From the NCBI GenBank assembly GCA_903879825.1, contig CAIRND010000077.1, positions 1 to 44,207 of the forward strand: a DNA stretch of 44,207 nt, written 5' to 3'. Origin of the DNA: an uncultured Geobacteraceae bacterium. GTDB lineage: Bacteria; Desulfobacterota; Desulfuromonadia; Geobacterales; Pseudopelobacteraceae. The position numbers and the translations under genes were made by a program. The notes under the pieces were generated by a model that was given only the letters and a program-made list of their open reading frames with translations, had not been told where the DNA came from and made no database searches. Positions within the stretch are counted from its first letter, which is position 1. Every line of letters begins with the position of its first letter. Positions 19,611 through 29,500 of the stretch are shown one piece after another.

Positions 19611-22600
19611 TTATTTATGTTTGAAAACGGCTCCGTTCTGAGTCCACGTATAACCGGTGCTCAAACTGAAAGACGTCGATATCTGCTGATTTCCGCTCAT
19701 AACCTGATACTCCATTGCAAGCGGTTGATGAGTGTTTGAATCTTCGGTCGGGACGACGATCATCGTCAATCCTGACCCCGCACCTGTAACGGTAGTACCG
19801 TTGTGGGTACCGGAGCCAATTACAAGATTACCTGCTAAAGTCGGGGTCATATTCCCGGAAGAGGGTGAAGTTCCCGATCCTGTTGCTCCTGCAGTCGCAT
19901 CCAGAGGCGAAACGGGATCTATCCCTGAAAATTCAGCAACGGCCATTGATATCTGCCCACCGGATTTAGGGGTCGTTACGGTGACCGTATCCGCCCCACC
20001 TTTTACGTTCTTTGAATAATAGATGGCACTGTATGCACCTTGGGAAACGAGGACGGTACCGGCGATACTATAAGCATTTCCAAGGCTGTCGGTGACGGCG
20101 GTTGCAGTCGGCAGATTTGGCCAACCCGAGACGGAAACGACAATGAGATTACCAGCGGTAACATTAGCGGGCAGGGCGACAGCAAGCTTCTGGGCGCTGG
20201 ATGTAATATTGGACACTTTTTGAATGAGAGAGATACTATTGGAAACCGTGACAGGCACGATGCCGCCTGTACTGCTATTGCCGGCTGCGTCATACGCCAT
20301 GGCGGTAAGGGAGTGAGCTCCGTTAGAAACTTGTGTGCTGTTCCACGACCATACGTATGGACTCGTGTTGTCAGTGGCCTGAAGTGTACCGTCAAGATAA
20401 AATTCAACTCTGGTTACGCCGACATCATCGCTGGCGTTAACAGTAACGGAAACGGTGCCGGAAACTGTAGCTCCACTGAGAGGATTGGTAATTGAAACCA
20501 CCGGTGGAATAGAATTTGTTGAGTAATTAACCTGATAGGTACCGGTCGCAGCAAGGAAACGGGCATACCGGACACCTTTGATCGTTACCGTTGTATATGA
20601 GATTGAACTTCCGTTGGATGTTATGCCGGATACGGTTTGCCCATTTGCCACCGGCACCATTGCCACTAATCCGGTAGCACCCGATGCGACACTGATTGAG
20701 AAGCTGAGCATGTTTCCGTTCCAGGAAAACGAACTGAAGGTAGAACCGTTGCGGCCATCCAACCAGGTCAGCAATTGGCGTGAGGAGATCACCGGGATGC
20801 TATGGGCCACTGCAGAACCAATGATCGCATCGGAGCCGCTCGAACTGGGGACATCGGTATGCATGTTGGCCACAAAAGCGCCATAATAGCCGGTTGGTCC
20901 GGTCGCTCCGTCGAGCAAAGCATCTATCGTCGCCGGGAATGTCTGACCAGATTCGTCAGTCATTTGGGTGGTCGCCTGATACGTGTCGATCAGATTGCCG
21001 TTGATGTCGGTAAAGCGCATTGGCATGCCGGAACCGGTAAAGAAGCCGGGACGATCGGCGACCCAGTATGGGGGGTAATAGTAATACGATGTATCCAGTC
21101 GTATGCCATGCTTGAACTCTATCATCGGTACAGTGGACCAGTCGCTCCAAGAGATGCAGTGGTTCCGGTTCGTTGAAGAATTGGGAAGGCCCGGGAATTT
21201 TTGTTTGAATTTCGTGAGCTGGCTGGACACGGTGTTTTCGAACGACGCCGGAGTAAAGTTGGCGCAACCGGTATCATTATTGGAAGAGCCGTCCCCGGTA
21301 TTGACATGCAACGCAACTTCGAAACCGGAGGCAGTATAGGCGACCGCCTGGGCATCACTGAGAATTATTGCGGAGGTGGGCCAGACATACGAGGTGCTGC
21401 GGATGCACTCCCAGTTGACCACTGAACAACCGGGAGCACTTGCAGATTTGTAAGAATCGAACCGCCCTGCGGTCCCCGCTGTTCCCCAGCCATGGTCGTC
21501 GCCGGTCATGACGACTACCGCAGGCAGGCTGCGCGGGAAATACCAGAAGCGCGGCAGCGGTTTTTTATCCAGATTCATCTGGATGATCAGGTTTGCCAAC
21601 AGGCGCTGCTGCTCGTCAGCCTGGGGGATTGAAACCTTATTGAGGTTGATCCAGTCGGGCTTGGGATCCGAAGCGGCGTTTCCATAAAACAGGTCATCGG
21701 GGCGTACCGGGAAATAGCCGTCCCTCTCCTGCCCAGCCCAGACGGGATTTCCCTGGTGGGTGTAGACCACCGAACGGGCAAGATCAAAGGCAAATGCTGC
21801 CGCCTGACCACCCAGAGAGCCGACACTTTGCAGTGTGACAGCCGGATTGCTGGTAGCGGACGTGTCGGTGGCGTAGAGAGTAGCGATGCTGGCAGCGCCG
21901 CTGAGATTGTAGAGGTTTGCCGCGCCATGATATTGAATCGTCTGGTTAACGATCCCGACACCTGGTCCGGAAGCGGTATTTACCAGAAGATACGCATCTG
22001 AAATTGTTGCCGCCAGGTCGGTCAGTCCGAGCAGGCCGGCTATTTTGGGATCTGGATGCATCGCGATTAGATGCCCCCCGCTATTGACCCAGTTGGTCAG
22101 CGTCGTGACCTGGGCTGCCGTCAGCGGTATGTCGCCGAGGATGGCCACGTCATACGAGGTGAGCAGCGTGGACGTTACCGCCGAGATATCGATCATGGCA
22201 AATGCGTTAAACCCTTCTGCCCGGAGAATCTCGGCATAGTAGCTGCTGAAGGGGCTCGAAGCGGACGAGATGATCAGGATCGGTCCGCCTGAAGGGAGCG
22301 AAATGATAACTGAAGCGCTCCTGCTGGTCGACACGTTACCGGCGGCATCCCTGGCCCAGGCGTAGAGAGTCTTGCTCCCCGCGGTCGCGAAGTTATAAGA
22401 AGCCGGAGCTGTTAACGACCAACCGGCGGCGGTAGCAAGAGGAGCGGTGGACGATTCGGTGACCAGGTAGCCGGTCACCCCGGAGGTATCGGTTGCGGTG
22501 AAGCTGGTGATCGCCACGGCCAGCGACGTCGCGGTGGACGGAATGGTGAACGCGGTCACTGTCGGCGACGTTGTATCGGAAAGGGTAATGGTAACCGAAG

Positions 22601-23462
22601 CGCTCCTGCTGGTCGACACGTTACCGGAGGCATCCCTGGCCCAGGCGTAGAGAGTCTTGCTCCCCGCTGTCGCGAAGTTATAGGAAGCCGGAGCTGTTGC
22701 CGACCAACCGGCGGCGGTCGCAAGAGGAGCGGTGGACGATTCGGTGACCAGGTAGCCGGTCACCCCGGAGGTATCGGTTGCGGTGAAGCTGGTGATCGCC
22801 ACGGCCAGCGACGTCGCGGTGGACGGAATGGTGAACGCGGTCACTGTCGGCGACGTTATGTCGGGTGGTACCGTTGTACTGAATACCACATCCACCCAGT
22901 AGTTGGAGCTGAACCAGTCCTGATTAGGAAACGTGCCGGCAGGGCCGTAGGCGTAGACGCCATTAGCACCTGAAACCCCGGCTGCCAGTGCATGAAGCGG
23001 CGGAGTGTCCACTCCTTTACTGCTGAAATAATTCGGGTCGTCACTGTAACGCCCGACATTGGTGTGATAGGAAGCAACATAGGCCGTATTAGCGGTGACT
23101 GTCACCGGGATGGCGAAGTCCACCTGCTGCCACCCCGAGGCGGTCTCATTGGTAAAAGTTGCCGTGGCCAGAAGTATGCCGCTGTTCGACCAGAGATTGC
23201 CCACATGGGTACCGGTATTGGAACTCGCCTTGTAGAAGCGTATGCCGGTTATGGAGCCGTTTGAATCGGAACTGAACCTCACTCCGACCTCGATGGAAGA
23301 AGTGTCCGGGTCGGCTGTAACCACAGGTGTTGTGGTGGCAGGCCAGATGGTGAAACCGGTCGAAGCGCCGTCGGCCTTAGTCAGACAAAAGGTAAATAAC
23401 ACAATCAGGAAGGTTAAAAAAACTGGAAGAATAGAGAGCCTGCCACACTGAGGAACTTTCAT
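19611..23462 (-). CDS. Secreted modular protein: DUF4082-like domain, 2 near-identical Ig-like repeats, core of about 590 aa (amidotransferase-like + deacetylase-like), Ig-like domain, shared C-terminal module
   Basis: SD GGAGGTG upstream of the ATG. Signal peptide MKVPQCGRLSILPVFLTFLIVLFTFCLTKA. Core motifs: GGPILIISS...YYAEILRAEGFNAF...GGHLIAMHPDP...VVVMTGDDHGWG...GFEVALHVNTG. Ends TQNGAVFKHK. Confidence 0.85.
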   Translation of the reverse strand: MKVPQCGRLSILPVFLTFLIVLFTFCLTKADGASTGFTIWPATTTPVVTADPDTSSIEVGVRFSSDSNGSITGIRFYKASSNTGTHVGNLWSNSGILLATATFTNETASGWQQVDFAIPVTVTANTAYVASYHTNVGRYSDDPNYFSSKGVDTPPLHALAAGVSGANGVYAYGPAGTFPNQDWFSSNYWVDVVFSTTVPPDITSPTVTAFTIPSTATSLAVAITSFTATDTSGVTGYLVTESSTAPLATAAGWSATAPASYNFATAGSKTLYAWARDASGNVSTSRSASVTITLSDTTSPTVTAFTIPSTATSLAVAITSFTATDTSGVTGYLVTESSTAPLATAAGWSLTAPASYNFATAGSKTLYAWARDAAGNVSTSRSASVIISLPSGGPILIISSASSPFSSYYAEILRAEGFNAFAMIDISAVTSTLLTSYDVAILGDIPLTAAQVTTLTNWVNSGGHLIAMHPDPKIAGLLGLTDLAATISDAYLLVNTASGPGVGIVNQTIQYHGAANLYNLSGAASIATLYATDTSATSNPAVTLQSVGSLGGQAAAFAFDLARSVVYTHQGNPVWAGQERDGYFPVRPDDLFYGNAASDPKPDWINLNKVSIPQADEQQRLLANLIIQMNLDKKPLPRFWYFPRSLPAVVVMTGDDHGWGTAGTAGRFDSYKSASAPGCSVVNWECIRSTSYVWPTSAIILSDAQAVAYTASGFEVALHVNTGDGSSNNDTGCANFTPASFENTVSSQLTKFKQKFPGLPNSSTNRNHCISWSDWSTVPMIEFKHGIRLDTSYYYYPPYWVADRPGFFTGSGMPMRFTDINGNLIDTYQATTQMTDESGQTFPATIDALLDGATGPTGYYGAFVANMHTDVPSSSGSDAIIGSAVAHSIPVISSRQLLTWLDGRNGSTFSSFSWNGNMLSFSISVASGATGLVAMVPVANGQTVSGITSNGSSISYTTVTIKGVRYARFLAATGTYQVNYSTNSIPPVVSITNPLSGATVSGTVSVTVNASDDVGVTRVEFYLDGTLQATDNTSPYVWSWNSTQVSNGAHSLTAMAYDAAGNSSTGGIVPVTVSNSISLIQKVSNITSSAQKLAVALPANVTAGNLIVVSVSGWPNLPTATAVTDSLGNAYSIAGTVLVSQGAYSAIYYSKNVKGGADTVTVTTPKSGGQISMAVAEFSGIDPVSPLDATAGATGSGTSPSSGNMTPTLAGNLVIGSGTHNGTTVTGAGSGLTMIVVPTEDSNTHQPLAMEYQVMSGNQQISTSFSLSTGYTWTQNGAVFKHK
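19614..20234 (-). other. Shared ~207-aa terminal module, copy B
   Basis: Collinear with copy A over its full length and identical at most positions by eye. Ends NGAVFKHK. Confidence 0.8.
20511..22289 (-). other. ~590-aa enzyme-like core, copy 1 (amidotransferase/ThuA-like N-part + deacetylase-like barrel C-part; tentative)
   Basis: PILIISS...YDVAILGD...GGHLIAMHPD (alternating strand/helix pattern), then VVVMTGDDHGWG, ALHVNTG, NRNHCISWSDWS, GIRLDTSYYYYP, FVANMHTD. These resemble NodB/CE4-type motifs. Confidence 0.4.
22293..22862 (-). repeat. Near-identical 2 x 285-bp tandem duplication (two Ig-like repeats)
   Basis: The protein unit D(I/T)TSPTVTAFTIPSTATSLAVAITSFTATDTSGVTGYLVTESSTAPLATAAGWS... 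occurs twice with only a few substitutions. The DNA of the two copies is almost identical by eye. Confidence 0.9.
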
Positions 23463-23503
23463 CGGAACACCTCCCCCATCAAGTTCTAAAGATTTTTTCT
23501 GAA

Positions 23504-26500
23504 TTATTTATATTTGAAAATAGCCCCGTTCTGGGCCCAGGGATACCCGGCGCTTAAATTGAAAGTTGCCGCGGTCTGTTGGCCGTTTGATATTTTATAC
23601 TCCATGGCTAGTGGCTGATTCACGTGTGAATCTTCGGTTGGAATGGCAATCATCGTGAACCCTGTTCCAGCGGTCGTGACGGTAGTGGTATTATGGGTAC
23701 CGCATCCGATCACAAGATTTCCTGCAGCTCCCGGCGTCATGATTCCCGAGGAAGGGGTGGTTCCGTTACCTGTCGCTCCCGCAGTGGTATCAAGTGGTGA
23801 AACCGTGTTCACACCAGAAAATTCGGCAACTACCATCGATATCTGGCTATTGGTATTAACGGCATTAAAGGTAATCGCTGTCGCCCCGCCGATCACATTT
23901 CTTGCAAAGTAAATGGCACTGTATGCTCCTCCAACTGTCATAACGGCGCCGGCGCTGCTGTAGGTATTCCCCTGACTGTCGGTAACGGCCGGGGAAGCCG
24001 GCAAATTCGGCCATCCCGATACGGCTACCACGATAAAATTACCGGCAGTAACATTTTCAGGAAATTCGGAAGTTACGTTTTGATCACTGTCAGTGATGTT
24101 GGATGCGGCCTGGACCAATGAAATATTAGGTACTGAGATCGTTACCGAGGCGCTCATGCCGGCCGATACGTTTCCGGCAGCGTCCTTGGCCCATGAATAC
24201 AGAATCTTGCTCCCGTCCGTAGCAAACGTGAATGAACCCGGAACAGTAGCGGACCATCCGGTTGCCGTCGGCAAGGGAGCACTGCCGGATTCGTTGACCA
24301 GATAGCCAGTTACAGCAACGTTGTCGGTAGCGGTTATGCTGGTGATCGGCACAGTCAGTGCTGATGAAGCGGCTGGAATGGTGAAAGCGCTTATAACCGG
24401 CGGGCTCATATCGGTAAAATTGACCTGGTAGGATCCTGTCGCCGCCGGGAAGGTAATGTATCTTATGCCTTTGACCGTCAAGATAGTGGAGACTACCGCA
24501 GTCCCATTTTGCGTGACGTTCGACACCGTCTGACTTTCGGACAGCGGCACCATGGCCACCAGGCCATTGGCGCCCGCCGCTGCGGTGATGGAAAGGGTAA
24601 CAGAATTCAGGTTCCTTGAAAGCGAACTGTATGACGAACCATTCCGGCCATCCAGCCAGGTCAGCAACTGTCGAGAGGAGATCACCGGAATCGCATGGGA
24701 TTTTGCTGAACTGATGATTGCGTCGGATTCGCTCGATGAAGCTACGTCAGTATGCATGTTGGCCACAAAGGCTCCATAGTACCCCTTTGACCCGGCAGCA
24801 GCGTCGAGCAGTGCATTGATCGTCATCGGGTATGTCTGGCCTGATTCATCAGTCAACTGGGTGGCTGCCTGGTACGTGTCGATAAGATTACCGTTGATGT
24901 CAGTAAAGCGCATCGGCATGCCGGAACCGGTAAAGAAGCCGGGACGATCGGCAACCCAGTATGATGGGTAATAGTAATAGGATGTATCCAGTCGTATTCC
25001 GTGATTGAGCTCTACCAGAGGTACAGTGGACCAGTCGCTCCAGGCGATGCAGTGGTTCCGGTTCGTTGCCGGCTTGGGGAGACTCGGGAATTTCTGGCTG
25101 AAGGTAGTGAGTTGGGTGGACACGGTGTTTTCAAACGATGCCAGGGTAAAGTTGGCGCAGCCGGTAACGTTATTTGACGTGCCGTCCCCGGTGTTGACAT
25201 GCAGCGCAACTTCGAAACCGGAGGCATTATAGGCGGCAGCCTGGGCATCACTGAGAATGATAGCGGGGGTGGGCCAGACGTACGAGGTACTGCGGATGCA
25301 CTCCCAGTTGGCCACGGAACAGCCTGAAGTGCTGGCAGATATGTTTGAATCGAATCGCCCTGCGCTTCCGGCGGTTCCCCAGCCATGGTCGTCACCGGTC
25401 ATGACAATTACCGCCGGCAGGTTGCGCGGGAAATACCAGAAGCGCGGCAGAGGTTTTTTATCCAGATTCATCTGGATGATCAGGTTTGCCAGCAGGCGCT
25501 GCTGCTCATCAGCCTGGGGGATTGAAACCTTATTGAGGTTGATCCAGTCGGGCTTGGGATCCGAAGTGGCGTTTCCATAAAACAGGTCATCGGGGCGTAT
25601 CGGCGAATAGCCGTCCCGCTCCTGCCCCACCCAGGCGGGATTGCCCTGATGGGTATAGACCACCGAACGGGCAAGATCAAAGGCAAAAGCTGCCGCCTGA
25701 CCACCTTGGGAGCCGACGTTTTGCAGTGTGACAGCCGGATTGGAGGTAGAGTTCGTATCGGTGGCGTAGAGAGTTGCGATGCTGGCAGCGCCGCTGAGAT
25801 TGTAGAGGTTTGCCGCACCATGATATTGAATCGTCTGGTTAACGATCCCGGCACCTGGTCCGGAAGCGGTATTTACCAGAAGATACGCATCTGAAATCGT
25901 TGCCGCCAGATCGGTCAGTCCAAGCAGGCCGGCGAGTTTGGGATCCGGATGCATCGCTATCAAATGTCCCCCGCTATTGACCCAGCTAGTAAGCGTCGTG
26001 ACCTGGGCTGCCGTCAGCGAAATGTCGCCGAGGATGACCACGTCATACGAGGCGAGCAGCGAGGAAGTTACCGCCGATATGTCGCTCATGTTAAAAGCGT
26101 TAAACCCTTCTGCCCGGAGAATTTCGGCATAGTAACCGCTGAAGGGGCTCGAAACGGACGAGATGATCAGGATCGGTCCGCCTGAAGGGAGCGAAATAAC
26201 AACTGAATCGCTACTGCTGGTCGACACATTGCCGGCGGCATCCCTGGCCCAGGCATAGAGGGTCTTGTTTCCCGCCGTTTCAAAGCTGAAGGAAGCGAGG
26301 GGTCCTGACGACCATCCGGCGTCAGTTGCGAGAGGAGCGGTGTTCGATTCGGTAACCAGATATCCGGTCACTCCAATGTTGTCCGTCGCCGTGAAACTGC
26401 TGATCAGTACGGACAACGTGGTGGCGGTAGTCGGAATGGTAAACGCAGATACCGTCGGCCGGGTCGTATCAACTGTGACGGGAGCGCTTCTGCTCGCGGA

Positions 26501-29500
26501 TATGTAACCAACAGCATCCTTGGCCCAGGCATACAGGGTTTTGTTTCCTGTCGTTGAACAGGTGTAGGAAACAGGAGCAGTTGCACTCCATCCGGCAGCA
26601 GTTGCCAAAGGAACAGTAGCCGATTCGGTGACCAGGTAACCGGTCACCGCGACATTGTCCGTTGCGGTGAAAGTGGAGATGGATACAGTGAGGCTATTTG
26701 CCGCTGCCGGAATTGTAAATGCGGTCACTGACGGCGCAGTAGTATCATTAAAGGCAATGTTAACGGCGGCACTCCTGCTGGTCGACACATTGCCGGCAGC
26801 GTCTTTGGCCCAGGCAAAAAGAGTCTTGCTCCCTATCGACGTGAAGGTGTAGGAGGTCGGGACCGTTATGCTCCAACCGGCATCCGTTGCGAGAGGAGCG
26901 GTGGACGATTCGGTGGCCAGATAACCGGTTACCCCGATGTTGTCCGTCGCGCTGAAGCTGGTGATCGGTATGGAAAGTGTGGTGGCGGAAGCAGGTATGG
27001 TGAATGCTGTTACCGTCGGCGCGGCCGAATCCGTAACAGTAACTGCGGCACTGCGGCTTGTCGATACATTAGCGGCGGCGTCTTTGGCCCAGGCATAGAG
27101 CGTCTTGCTCCCTGGTGTTGTGAAGGTGTAGGAAGTCGGGGCTGTTACGCTCCACCCGGCTGCCGTTGCGAGAGGAGCGGTGGCGGTTTCATTGACAAGA
27201 AAGCCGGTCACCCCGATGTTATCCGTCGCGGTGAGGCTGCTGATCAATATCGAAAGTGTGGTGGCGGAAGCAGGAATCGTGAATGCGGTCACTGTCGGTG
27301 CAATTGGATCCGAAATGGTAACAACAGCACTCTTGCTTGTAGACACATAAGATGCAGCGTCCCTGGCCCAGGCATAGAGAGTTTTGCTCCCTGTCGAGGT
27401 AAAGGTGTAGAAAGCCGGGGCCGTTGCACTCCAGCCGGCAGCCGTTGTGAGAGGAGCGGAGGACGATTCATTTACCAGGTAGCCGGTCACCCCGATGTTG
27501 TCCGTCGCGATGAAGCTGCTGATCGATATGGTAAGTGTGGTGGCGGCAGCCGGAACAGTAAACGCGGTAACTGTCGGTCTGATCGTATCTGTGATGGAAA
27601 CTGCAGCACTCCTGCTTGTCGAGACGTTGCCGGCTGTGTCTCTGGCCCAGGCATATAGAGTTTTGCTCCCTGTTGACGTGAAGGTATAGGAAACCGGGGC
27701 TGGTGCGCTCCAACCGGTATCCGTTGCCAAAGGAGCGGTGGCCGATTCGGTGGCCAGGTAGCCGGTCACTCCGATATTGTCCGTCGCGGTGAAGCTGGTG
27801 ATCGACACGGACAACGTAGTAGCTGTTGCCGGAATTGCAAAGACAGTCACTGCCGGCTTGGTCGTATCGACCGTGACGGCGGCACTCCTGCTTGCGGATA
27901 CGACACCGGCAGCATCCTTGGCCCAGGCATACAGGGTCTTGCTGCCTGTCGATGCAAAGGTGTAGGTAGTCGGTGCCGTTGCGCTCCAGCCACCAGCCGT
28001 TGCCAAAGGAGCGGTGGCCGATTCGGTGACCAGGTAGCCGGTCACCCCGATGTTGTCCGTCGCGGTGAAACTGGTGATCGATACGGTGAGAGTATTTGCC
28101 GCTGCCGGAATCGTAAACGTGATCACTGCCGGTGCTGTCGTATCCGTGATGGAAACGACCGCGCTCCTGCTTGCCGACACATTACCGGCGGCATCCCTGC
28201 CCCAGGCATACAGGGTCTTACTTCCTGTCGATGCAAAGGTGTAGGTAGTCGGGGCAGTTGCGCTCCAGCCACCAGCCGTTGCCAAAGGAGCAGTGGCCGT
28301 TTCGGTAACCAGGTAGCCGGTCACCCCGGTGTCGTCAGTCGCGGTGAAGGTAGTAATTGAGACAGAAAGCGTGGTGACGGTAGCCGGAACGGTGAACGCG
28401 GTCACTGTCGGCGCAGTCGTATCCGTGACGGAAACGGCCGCGCTCCTGCTTACCGACACATTACCGGCGGCATCCCTGGCCCAGGCATACAGGGTCTTAC
28501 TCCCTGTCGAGGTAAAGGCATAGGAAGTCGGCGCCGTTGCGCTCCAGCCACCAGCCGTTGTCAAAGGAGCAGTGGCCGATTCGGTAATCAGGTAGCCGGT
28601 CACTCCGGTGTCGTCAGTCGCGGTCAAGGTAGTAATAGATACAGAAAGCGTGGCGACTGCAGCCGGAACGGTGAACGCGGTCACTGTCGGGGCCGTCGAA
28701 TCCATGATGGTGACGACGGCGTTCCTGCTTGCCGACACATTGCCGGCGGCGTCCCTGGCCCAGGCATACAGGGTCTTGCTCCCTGTCGAAATAAAAGTAT
28801 AGGTAGTCGGGGCCGTTGCGCTCCAGCCACCAGCCATTGCCAAAGGAGCAGTGGCCGATTCGTTAATCAGGTAGCCGGTCACTCCGGTGTCGTCAGTCGC
28901 GGTCAAGGTGGTAATCAATACGGAAAGTGTGGCAGAGGTAGACGGCACGGTAAAGGTGGTCACTGTCGGCGGCGTCGTATCAGGCAGCGTGATGGTCACG
29001 GCAGCGCTCCTGCCTGTCGATACGTTACCGGCAGAGTCCTTGCTCCATGCATAGAGGGTCTTACTTCCTGCTGTTGTAAAAACATAGAAAAGCGGGGCGG
29101 AAGTGCTCCAGCCGCCAGCCGTGGCGAGAGGAGCAGAGGCGGTTTCATTAACCAGATAGCCGGTCACCCCGATGTCGTCCGTCGCGGTCAAGCCGGTGAT
29201 CGATACAGAAAGTGCGGCAGAGGTAGACGGCACAGTAAAGGTGGTCACTGTCGGCGGCGTCGTGTCGGGTGGCGGGGTTGTGGTAAACACTACATCGACC
29301 CAGTAGTTGCTACTGTTCCAACTCTGACCGGGGAAAGTGCCGGCAGCGCCGTAGGCAAATACGCCATTCGTGTTGGAGACACTGTCGGCCGGTGCGTGGA
29401 GTGGCGTATTGTCCACGCCTGCGCCAGCAAAGTATCCCCGATTGACACTGAAATGGCCGGCACCGGAGTGGTAAGAGGCTATGTAGCCCGTATTTGCGCT

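Noticed and set aside
26265-28802. Series of 60-80-aa plus-strand ORFs recurring every ~279 bp (for example 26655, 27495, 27777, 28050, 28329, 28608), all starting M(L)SVAVK...
   Set aside because: They are antisense shadows of the Ig-like repeat array. The sense frame is one uninterrupted ~8-kb ORF with clear domain structure. The Gly/Ala/Thr/Val codon bias removes antisense stops. The periodicity simply mirrors the coding repeats.
26189-29275. Regular ~279-bp periodic repeats that could superficially suggest a CRISPR-like or satellite array
   Set aside because: The units are directly abutting with no unique spacers, are about ten times longer than CRISPR repeats, and lie in frame within a CDS encoding Ig-like domains. 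No cas genes are present.
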